A stretch of DNA of 64,000 nt, taken from Setoptus koraiensis (Eukaryota > Animalia > Arthropoda). Shown here piece after piece: positions 38,351 through 48,363 of this stretch. A program made the position numbers and the translations under genes. Position 1 is the first letter of the stretch. Each line of letters starts with the position of its first letter. The stretch spans positions 6,758,001 to 6,822,000 of the forward strand of contig CM106585.1 of assembly GCA_048013815.1 (NCBI GenBank). The letters are read 5' to 3'. Below the pieces are notes generated by a model. The model searched no databases. It worked only from the letters and a program-made list of their open reading frames with translations, and had not been told where the DNA came from.

Positions 38351-38402
38351 GAGTCTGGACGGCAGAGTCTGGACGGCAGAGTCTCGACGGCAGAGTCTGG
38401 AT
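38351..38402. repeat. Tandem repeat, 14-bp unit GAGTCTGGACGGCA x ~3.6
   Basis: Direct reading. Confidence 0.85.
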
Positions 38403-39389
38403 CGCGGGCTCTGGATTGCCGAGTCCGCGGATTTGACAGTGTGGATTAGCGAGCGATTGTTTGCGTCCGGTGTGTGCAACGAACCAGTCGCAATGGTCGG
38501 TCGCTGCAAATGGGGCCCGCGCTGCCAGGCAAACAACTGGCGCGGCGAGCGGCCAGTGAGAACGGCCAGTGAGTCGAACTGTCAGACGGTTGTTGTGGCC
38601 GTCGCAGTTGGAGTGGCAGTCAGATAATCTGTGATTATCTGGTGCGCGTTATATTGTGATTGCAAAAATGGGCCGGGCCGGATTTGAGGTGCATTGTTTT
38701 GTATTCAGTTTGCAGTTTTTGCAGTGCACGGCCGCCAGACACAAACGGACAAAAAATATCCATCGCCAAAGATTAATAGTGAAGAGGAATATCTGCTGAC
38801 TTTCGGTCAGTTTGGCGCATTCCAGTTTGTTTCGCTCAAAGTGCACACAGAACCACTCACTACAATCGCATGTGTCGGCGGGCCGGGCCGGGCCCCCAAC
38901 AGGCCCGCTGCGATTATTTATCTTGTTCGGCTGCTTATAATGCAGAGTCTGTACTTCGGAGACTGTTTATTTTCAGCCGGCGGACCTGAAAATTGACAAG
39001 CGCGCCCAGATTGGGCCCAGATTTTTGTGAGCCCGGCAAGAAAAGAGCCAGGCCCTGAAAGGGGCCCGACGAGGGCCAGTGTTCGCCTGTTCGCCCGTTA
39101 GCCCGTTCGCCCGTTTGCCGGCTAGCGCCGTGCGGCGCTGGCGCGCCAGTTGTGCGCGAATGTCGCTATAGTCCAGTGCGCCGCGGCCATCTAATCTGGC
39201 CGCTCGCATTATACGAGCCGTACGGGCCCCGATGGCGGCAATAATTATATACTAGCGTCTTGGCTTGTTGGCGGCGCCGCCGCTGAGCCACTCCATATTG
39301 TGCGAGTATCGCCAAACTCCGACATTCGCCGCCAAACTCGGACACGCTCGGCCACGACTCGGCGGTGACTGACATTTGGCGAGCTGGCT

Positions 39390-39488
39390 GGATATTGTGC
39401 AGATATTGTGCGGATATTGTGCGGACATTGTGCGGACATTGTGCGGATATTGTGCGGACATTGCGCGGATATTGTGCGGACATTGTGC
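39390..39488. repeat. Minisatellite, 11-bp unit GGAYATTGTGC x 9
   Basis: Direct reading. Confidence 0.92.
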
Positions 39489-41806
39489 CGACCAGCTGAC
39501 CGCTAACACATAAACATGGCATTGTTTTTGGTGCCGTTAAACCGTTTATATGTATAAACGGCTCCGAACCGAGCTCGCATGGCCAGCAACACTTTCGCGC
39601 GCGCGAACAACAATCGCGGGCCCCAGCAAACACAATTGAGCGCCGCTGGCCAAGGGAGCAGCGCCGACTTGCGACAACAATCCGACCGTTAAGTTGGCGC
39701 GCAAAAGTCACCACAGTCACTTGGCCCGGCTGCACAACGAGCCGTCTCGGCGAGCCCTGACGAGTCTGTGGGGCCCCATCTGCGAGTTTTTGCTTTTTGC
39801 TTTTTGCCAGCCCGGCGCGCTGTCTGGCCAGCGCTGGCTTGAATGATGAGGCCCCATCTTGTCGTTGCGCAATGTTTTTGCGGCCCGACAAGATGGGGCC
39901 GCTGGTGGGGGCCCCAGTTCAGCCAGTACTGGCCCACAAGTGTGTGCCGTGCAGAGATTTGATGGACTTTTGCCGATGCGCACAATGCACATACACAAGC
40001 GTCTATGGGCCAGTGGGCAAGACAGACGGGCATCATCAAGTCCTGACAAGCGGTCCTTTGTTTGTGTCTTGGCACGCCACTAATCGTGTCGCAATTGCCT
40101 GGGCCGGCCCGAATTGCCAACGGGCCGGCCATGCCACGGGCCGCTGCTTGGCTCACTCTTTTTCGCACACTCTAACAGCGCACGCTCTTATCGCATCGCG
40201 CAGCCAGCGGGGCCCCACTGGCAAGACCGCGCCAGACAGACAAGACGACGGGGCCCCATTTTACAATTGCCGCAATATACGCGCCGCAACAGACCGCCGC
40301 GTCCATATAAAACGCTGGCCACTGTTGTGTGCAGCGCCATTTATGTAACATGTTTTGCTGGATGTTATGTAACATGTTGTGCGCAAATGGCCGCAAACGG
40401 CCAATGCGTCATTTGTGCGCGGGCCGGCCTCGCGGATAACCGCACCCTCGGAGCGGCCCGAACGGGTCAGCCGCCAGTTGTTCGGCCCGCTAGCCGGCTC
40501 TGGTGTCCCGTAGCCCGACCACCGCTGCGACGATGTCTCTCTGCGGTCGCAGCCTCGGCGCCCCGTGGGACCCATCGTGCCGGACCGCGTGCTCGGCGTC
40601 GCTGTGGCCACCGCCGGTCAGCTGGTGCACACTCGATCGTCTGTCAATCGGTCAGCTCGCTGTTAATGAATTGTCGCCATCGGGCGAGCTTGTTGGCGTC
40701 CGCTGGTGTCACCTTTCGTCGCCGCTCTTTTGCCTTTCTGACTCGGGCCGGGCGCGCACAAGCTCCGCGAGAGCTGGTCGGCGACCGGTCTGCTGCGGCG
40801 CCCAACGGTCGCCCGGCGATCGGCCGAGCGGCCCCGCGAGAACGCTCGTCGGACAGCCGCACCGCACCGGCCGCGTTGCCCGCACTGCCGGCTGGTGCCC
40901 GGGCGCCAACTTGCCAGCCGCCGGCCTCTCGAGTCGAAGGTCTCGAAGCACTCAGGTCATTCCAAAAATAGAGCGCCACTCTCGGTGCGCCAACTGGCCA
41001 ATTGTGCCCACTGGGCTGGTCATTCCGCGCACTCCCCCGGCGCCCGCCGGCCAACAGCACCGAGCTGCCCGCACAACGAGCGCGCTCGTCATAACGGCGA
41101 GCGGGCCCCATTACATGTAGCCAGTTGAGTTGTTGCTGACGGCGCCCATTATGGCAAAAATGCGTTTACCTGGCGCGCACGTTGCGCCCATCGCCGGCCC
41201 AGCCCAGATTGATTGTGGCAGCGCCCGTGATACCCGAGCTTGGCGGCTCGACCGGCTTGGCCGCCACCGGTGCTCGCTGCTTGCAAGCGGCGAGTACAAG
41301 TGGCCAGATAAGCGCGTGCTGGTCGGCGGATGTTGCACGCGCTTATCCGTCGGCGACAACTCGCCGGCGAACAGCTTAGAGGCGCCCCTGACTGGCCCCA
41401 GTCATTGGTGGCGGGCACAAGTGAATGGCGCGCCAACAACTGAATTGCCGGCGCCCAACAGGCAAATAGAGATGGATGATTGCGGCGCGGCTGGCGGGGC
41501 CCCGCTCGCCAGGCTCGCCGAATCGCCGACTCGCCGACTCGTGGACTCGCCGACACGCCGACTCGCGAACTCGCGGGCTTGCAACGGGCGGCTATCTTTA
41601 GAACTGGTGCACGTATTTGGCTGTTTATTGTTGCCGGTGCCGCCGTTGGGGCGCCCGCTCTCGGCAACGGGGCCTCGTGACGCTTCCTCTGCCGCTTGTT
41701 TGTGCTCTGATCTGTCTCGCCATCGGCGCCCCATCTCGCTTGCCGATAGCGCGATCCAGCCCATCAATACAAAATCGTTGGCTCGCCGCTCGCTGCGGCC
41801 GTGGCC

Positions 41807-41885
41807 GCCGGTTCGATATCGACCGCGGTGGGCCGGGCCGGCTCGATATCGTCCGCGGTGGGCCGGGCCGGCTCGATATCGTCCG
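41807..41885. repeat. Tandem repeat, 30-bp unit GCCGGCTCGATATCGTCCGCGGTGGGCCGG x ~2.6
   Basis: Direct reading. Confidence 0.85.
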
Positions 41886-43019
41886 TCGAACAGCGCTGCC
41901 TGCTATATCCGTTATCCGCGACACGGGCGCATACTCACCGCGTTGTTTGCGAGCGTATATTGAGCGAGCGGCCTGGCCACAAAGCCGGGATTACCGGCGC
42001 GACTCGGCGCCGGGCGCCTCATTACAGGCACAAATTGCGGGCCGCAAATAAGCCGTCGGGCAGCGAGTTGGGCGAGCACGTCCGCTGTCGGGCCGGCGCC
42101 GGCGCCGGCTTGTTTATTTGGCATTTTTCATTTGGCCGCTGGATGCCGTCTGTAAATATACATGGGGGTACGGGTATAACGCGCGGCGCGGCTCGCAAAC
42201 TGCAAATTGCTTCTCTGCCGGCGCCAAGCGGCAATTCTCAAGACTTGCACTAAACACCAACTAGACGCCGGCAATTTAATCAGACATTTAAGAGACACTT
42301 TTTTTGCCTTCATCAGTGTTAGCGCCGTGTGTTGGCTTCATTTTGGGCTCGCCAGCGTCCATTTGCATGACAAGCGCAAAATGTCGACGCCAAAATCGCC
42401 CATCTCGGCGCCTAATTTATACACCTGACGAGCTTATATTAGCCGCTGTTATATGATATAACTCACCTTGTCTGCTGGCATGGGATATTAATGGGCCCAA
42501 GTAGACAATTGAGCCGGCACAGTGGTCACCGGCTGCGATGCCAGTGTGCCAACGGTCGAGTATCGCTGCTCGCTGGGCAATAATTCCAGTGAGACACTCG
42601 TCCACAAACTCGTCGCTCGGATTATCCGTGGCATGATTATGATAATGCGACGGCCCCCAACGAAATAAAGCGTTTGTTAGAGATGCAAATGTGCTGTTTG
42701 ATTGTGTCGAAAGGCCAGCGACACTGTTGGTATGTAAATGGGGCCTGCGAGTAGCTGGCATGTAGTAAGTGCACCGCCATAAAACCTATTACTATCTAGT
42801 TACGTCTCAATTTAAGTTGAATGGGGCCCTGGGTGCGTTTCGCTTACAATTTAATCCAGCTTGTTCAGTGGCACACGTGATGCGATGGCAGCTTTATTTG
42901 GGCTGCGCCGGTCGCGCCCACTATCGCGCCTCGCCGGCCTCACGATTTCTGTTGGGCGAGCTGTGAGTTTTGCCAGTTTGCCGAGCAGCCTGGTCGAGCC
43001 GTCTGGTCGGGCTGCCGGC

Positions 43020-43082
43020 CCCATCCGCGCCCTCCGCGCCCATCCGCGCCCATCCGCGCCCATCCGCGCCCATCCGCGCCCA
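43020..43082. repeat. Minisatellite, 10-bp unit CCATCCGCGC x 6
   Basis: Direct reading. Confidence 0.9.
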
Positions 43083-44875
43083 CCCGAACCCGTTCGGACC
43101 GTCGTGGCGAGCGGGCAAGCGATGCGGCAATACGCAATCGGAGCAAAACGCTCGATGCTCATTCATAGTCGGTGGCCAGCACGACTCTCTCGAATGGGGC
43201 CCCATACTAGGCTTGTTGAGGGTTGCGTGCGTGCACAGTGTAAATATATATTTATCATCCTGCAGACATTACCTAATATCGCTTGCACTAGATTTTAGGT
43301 GCTTTGCGGTGCATCATGCTGCTGTCCCTATTGTTGTCGTCGTTGTTGTCGTCGTTGGTGCCGTCGTTGTTGTCGCTGCTGATGCTGTCGTTGGCCAACA
43401 AATTGTTGGCAACAATGTATCCGATATTCATAATTTGATTGTCCAACAAAACAACGTGTCGTCGCAATACTTGCTAGCGTTGCATGACACGTATGCACTG
43501 ATTGCGTGACTGATCTTGTGCGCTCCCCCCCTCCCGCTGCCCACGGTTCAATGACAATAATGACGCAATCAATTAATTAATTGATTTAAAAAATAACATA
43601 TCGCTCGCTGCAACACAATGGATAGAGAGCCAGAGATAGAGAGCCATTAATTATGGCGCTAAACTGACTGTGAGACATGTTAAACAATATTTGCGCTGTG
43701 GCGTGACAACACAGTACAGTTGCAAATTGCAATTACCATGTACATTGCTTCTGTACTGTCGCTTGTTGTCGTTACCAGTCGGCTCAGATCACTGCTACTA
43801 GATACTGTTATATCATGATAATGTAGTGAATTGTGACTGAATTACGACTAAATTATGACTTCATTATGACGACCAATATCATTATGTAATGTGTCGTGGC
43901 GAGCAAGACAGCGTTGATTTTCATTTGTATTTTTTTTTATTTTAATTGTGCCAACTATTGCGACACGAAGGAAAGCGTCGCAGCCAGATATTGCTGAGAT
44001 ATTGTTGCAAGTAGCAAGCGCTAATATGCCCTCGTGTTAAATGCCCGTGTCTACATGTGCCATGGTATAACCATGTATACATGAGGTATACCTAAATATG
44101 TATAACTATATATTTAACAAGACTACCTATACAACTTGTGCCCATTGCATAACTTCTGTAGCCGTTTTTAGCTAAAACGAGTAGCTAAAACGAGTAGCGA
44201 GTGTATAAATTGAGGTGCTCCAACTCAATTTTGGGAGCACAACTGCCAGCGATTGCGAGTGTGCCGATGGGACAACATTGCACGACAGTTGGTGCGTGAT
44301 GTAATCAAGTCAACGCCGGCACTGCTGAGGAGCACAGGTGAACGAGCTCATGTTGCGCAACAATATTTATTTGATAGAGACAGATATTTGTTTGCGTTGT
44401 GTGGCTTGTGGGTTAAGTAGTGTGTCTATTGTTGTTGCTGTTCATTATTTGTGTTTGTTGTGTCGCTATTTTACACACAACAACAACACCAACAACAGCA
44501 ACAGCAACAGCAACAGCAACAACAACGGCAGCGGCAACGACAATGACAACATTGTAGCCCATAACAGCGCACAATGGCAACAACCATATAGCACAAGTTG
44601 CCAGTCACAACACGGTCACAGTGTTCAACACTGAGCGTGTTGTGTAGCCAACACGGTTACGTAATAAGCACATCTTGCAACTGGGCCCGCCCCCGCTTGC
44701 GAGCCTTGTGAGCCTTGTGGTGCTCGTGAGGCTCGTGAGGCTCGCGAGGCTTGCAAAGCCAGAGGCGCAAGTTGTACAATATCATTAGGCAATATTATTA
44801 CGCAATAATAATAATAATAATATTGCTGTGCGCGTCTCGGCCCCGGCGGCCACACACTGTTGCTGTTCGTTTAAT

Positions 44876-44907
<32 letters not shown>

Positions 44908-46370
44908 GATGTATGACAAAAATCGTGGCTGATGCCAAGTTGACAGATTGCATTTGTTTACACTCCGTCTAAGTGAAGTGACAAGCGCCTTCGCTTGTAA
45001 TCAGCGTCATAACGTCGGCCAATCTACTCTACTTGTCGTCGTGTCATCCTGTCATTGCTCACTCCGTGGCATACAGTGTACGCCATACTATAGCCGCTAT
45101 AGTATGCCATAGAGCGCCCACCAGCGCCACGGCCTACCTAGCCAAATAGCTGCGTAACTGTAGTTACGTAATACACGTAACGTATTACATAACTATGCTG
45201 CATAACATATTGCATAGCATACACAACAACATGCAACGTATTACATAACTGTGTAACAGCGTGCGTTTTGTTGCTGCCACAACGGCAGCCGCGCCAACAA
45301 CCACAGCATCACACGACAACAATGGCTGTGGCCGCAAAAATGACATGATAATTATTTTCGCTTTATCTACTCCATCTAGTGGTGCTTTATTAACATTGCC
45401 ATTATGTCCAGCGGTGCCACATACTCACTTATATACTGTACACTGGATACTGGATATATATATCCAGCATATATCCAGCATATATCCAGTATATACATGC
45501 ATGCAACATGGGCGCCATATGAGGCCGCCGGCTCGCACTCTAGCGGGCAACGGTTGTGTGAGAAACGCTCAAGATTAGACGTGATTACATGATAATAATG
45601 ATGATGATAGCAGTAATAATAATAATCACCGTCATCATACCAACGCGCTGGCCAGCGACAGATAATTAGTGGCCCGACCGGTGCTGGTCAGCGGGCCCCA
45701 ACTGCAACACGAGCGCAACAAAGCTGCACATACGAGCTGCGAATGAAGAGCCAATGAACGGGCCCATTTCTTTGCGCCCAAAACATATCTGGCCAATCCG
45801 ATTGCACGGCGCCCTATAAACCATATCTCGGGGGAGCGGCTAATTTGGCGAGCTGGCCATTGTGTTTTGGTGCGCGTTTCGGCGCTTCGGTGCGTGTTTT
45901 GGCCAGAGCGCCCCCCTCCCCCTATTTGGGCCGCTTCTCGCTTATCTTTTGCTGGCCCGCTGGCTCGTCTTGTTGGGCAGCAACAGCAGCAGTAGCAACA
46001 ACAACAACGACTCGCTTGGCGATGGGGTCTGGGCCCAGTGGCCGACACCGTCGCCAGTTGATAAAACAACACGAATTCACATATGAATAGGCTGTAAATT
46101 CTCATTAGTTTAGGCGTTTGCCACTTCTACTCATTATCATTACTCTCTAATGCTGTCTTGTGTCGCTACAACTACTTACTACAAACTAGATTACACTCTC
46201 CGGCCATCCGCATTCCGGATAGCCGGCTAGGCGAGACAGAGGCACTGTCGTTAGCAATCGACGTTGTTTAGTTGGCCGACTTGTGTACGTAATTTGTTTG
46301 TTTATTTATTCCTTCTGTTGGGCACTTTTGGCGCAAGGCATCGGTTAAGATTACTCTCGGCCTCATCTCG

Positions 46371-46485
46371 GCCGACTCTGCCGACTCTGCCGACTCTGCC
46401 GACTCTGCCGACTCTGCCGACTCTGCCGACTCTCCCAACTCGGCCAACTCGGCCAATCTCCGCCAATCTCTGGCCATCTCGGCCA
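46371..46485. repeat. Minisatellite, 9-bp unit GCCGACTCT x 7, decaying into GCCAATCTC variants
   Basis: Direct reading. Confidence 0.9.
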
Positions 46486-46747
46486 ATGTGCCGCATTTGC
46501 AGATTGGCACCTCGCTTGTCCTGTCCGCTAGATGGCCAGTCGGCTGGTCCGCAGCACACTGGCCAACATGGCCCCTCTTAGTTAGCCAACAGCAGTGATT
46601 AGATTTCAGCTCGCCAGATTTATGGCGTCGCGAGTCGCGAATCACGAATCACGGCACCCCTCAGCGGCCTCAATGTTACGCAACGCTGCTTCCTATAGCT
46701 TCTTACAACTAAATATTCAAAGCGCCCAGCCAATGGGCCAAATCAAG

Positions 46748-47136
46748 TCACTTGTACTAACCTCACCTCACCTGTCTGTCTCTTCCTCGGCGCGCTATTG
46801 TGTGCCGCTGGTGGCAACAAAAACAAAAACAACCGACCGCCGCCAACAACAACATCACTGACACGTCATCATCGGCACGATGCAATCTGATACCATGATA
46901 AATGGGTTAACGGATAAATGGGTAAACGGATAAATGGGTAAATGGGTAAACGGATAAATGGATAAATGGATAAATGGATGAATGGATGAATGGATAAATG
47001 GACTGCCAATGAACGTGACAAACATTCCGCCCTCGCTTGCAATTACAACGGCCGACAATATACAACGACCAACAACACACAACAACCAATCAATATATAA
47101 CGACCAATCAACATATAACAATCATTGCCCGCTAAC
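46748..47136 (+). promoter_or_regulatory. 389-nt AG-exclusion zone with distant branch point TACTAAC (46755-46761) and pyrimidine tract (46761-46788), Shal intron 1
   Basis: Read base by base: the last AG is at 46746-46747 and the next is the acceptor at 47137-47138. Confidence 0.8.
46897..47002. repeat. 8-bp unit array GGATAAAT/GGGTAAAY/GGATGAAT x ~13, inside the intron-1 AG-exclusion zone
   Basis: Direct reading. Confidence 0.9.
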
Positions 47137-47138
47137 AG

Positions 47139-47301
47139 GTACGGTGATATGGTGCCGGCCACCATGATTGGCAAGATAGTTGGAGGCGTTTGCTCATTAA
47201 GCGGAGTGTTGGTCATTGCTCTTCCCGTTCCCGTTATAGTGTCCAATTTTTCACGTATCTATCACCAGAATCAGCGCGCCGACAAGAGGAAGGCTCAAAA
47301 G
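47139..47301 (+). CDS. Shal: Shal coding exon 2 (163 nt): YGD, S6, proximal C-terminus
   Basis: [54 protein letters not shown], then donor GTAAGT at 47302. Confidence 0.97.
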
Positions 47302-47422
47302 GTAAGTGCTCGTGGTCGGTTGTGGTTTTCGTTGCGCAATCATATCTCGCGTGCTGTCTCGTTGCACCGACAGACGGACAGAGCGACGATTTTGTCGGAC
47401 AACGAGCGCTCTGTTGTTCGAG

Positions 47423-47808
47423 TTGATTGGACTTTTTTTTGGCGCCCGCGATGAAATTAAATTAACAATTCAAATTGCCCTTGTCTCTGTCTTTTGCTGG
47501 CGTCCAATCTCTGGCTCGTGCGATATCTCTCTACGTGCATCTGATCAAATTATGATTAAAACATGACCGCCAACAACCTAATGATGACCACACACACACA
47601 CACAAACGTGGCACGAAAACGTGACTGTCACTCTAACGACCCGACCGTACACCTTGAATGTGACCTATGAACACGCCATTGCAAACAACACGCACAAATC
47701 AACTACAAACTGCCCAACAATATATGTATGGATATGGATATGCACGCAATCACGTGTCGCCACGTGTAAAAAAAAAACAACTGACACACAACAACTTGCC
47801 GAAATTAC
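47423..47808 (+). promoter_or_regulatory. 386-nt AG-exclusion zone with candidate distant branch point TTAAC (47462-47466) and pyrimidine tract (~47475-47498), Shal intron 2
   Basis: The last AG is at 47421-47422 and the next is the acceptor at 47809-47810. Confidence 0.72.
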
Positions 47809-47810
47809 AG

Positions 47811-47990
47811 AAAGCACGTATGGCCAGAATACGCATAGCCAAGGCAACAAGTGGAGCGGCGTTTGTCAGCAAAAAGAAGGCCTGCGAGGCCCGTCTTGCC
47901 GCTCAGGAGGCCGGCCAGGAAGTGGAGCCGTATGACGACATATTCGAGTTGCAGCACCATCATCTGTTGAGGTGTCTGGAACGGGCAACG
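47811..47990 (+). CDS. Shal: Shal coding exon 3 (180 nt), including the Kv4 di-leucine motif
   Basis: TTACAG|AAA GCA CGT gives KARMARIRIAKATSG...FELQHHHLLRCLERAT, then donor GTAAGT at 47991. Confidence 0.95.
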
Positions 47991-48168
47991 GTAAGTTCAT
48001 GTAACATTTCATGATTCGTCATTTCAAATCACCGTTATCACGTGCTGCTTCCGGTTTCCGGTTTCCAGTTTCCAGCCTTGCCACTAATACAATTATCGCT
48101 CTGGTATTTCCATATTCTCATATGCTTCACATATTTTTCGCATCGACAATTGAACAACTCAATCGCAG

Positions 48169-48363
48169 GATCGCGAATTCGTTGAGCTCGACCTGGCCGC
48201 CAATCAACTCAATCAGCAATTGTCACCGGAGAATCAGTCACAGTCATTGTCTTTGCCGGAAAAAATTAAACTAGCAGCCAAAAGTACAGGTGATAAAAGT
48301 TGTTTATATTCGTGTTGCACGCAACCACTCAGGCCTCTGTTGCAAGCAAGGCGCAGGAAGAAG
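48169..48363 (+). CDS. Shal: Shal coding exon 4 (195 nt)
   Basis: CGCAG|GAT CGC GAA TTC gives DREFVELD, as in arthropod long Shal isoforms, plus SCC...RRRKK like Kv4 TCCSRRHKK. Donor AAG|GTAAGT at 48364. Confidence 0.88.

Larger units (their letters stand above)
6041..47138 (+). other. Shal: Shal coding intron 1, 41,098 nt, GT-AG, phase 2, splitting the pore signature TLG|YGD
   Basis: Donor GG|GTAAGT at 6041 and acceptor CTAACAG|GTACGGTGATATG at 47138. Splicing rebuilds GGG TAC GGT GAT ATG (GYGDM). None of the ORFs inside resembles a protein family I recognise. Confidence 0.95.

Noticed and set aside
44082-44140. TGAGGTA ... CTATACAAC looking like let-7 5p and 3p arms
   Set aside because: Only 7 and 9 nt match, the intervening mature sequence is not let-7, and the arms do not pair.
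6078-46700. Several hundred 60-285 aa ORFs on both strands within the Shal intron
   Set aside because: They are Arg/Ala/Gly/Pro-rich, overlap in all frames, follow microsatellites and match no family I recognise. This is the expected by-product of GC-rich, stop-poor DNA.
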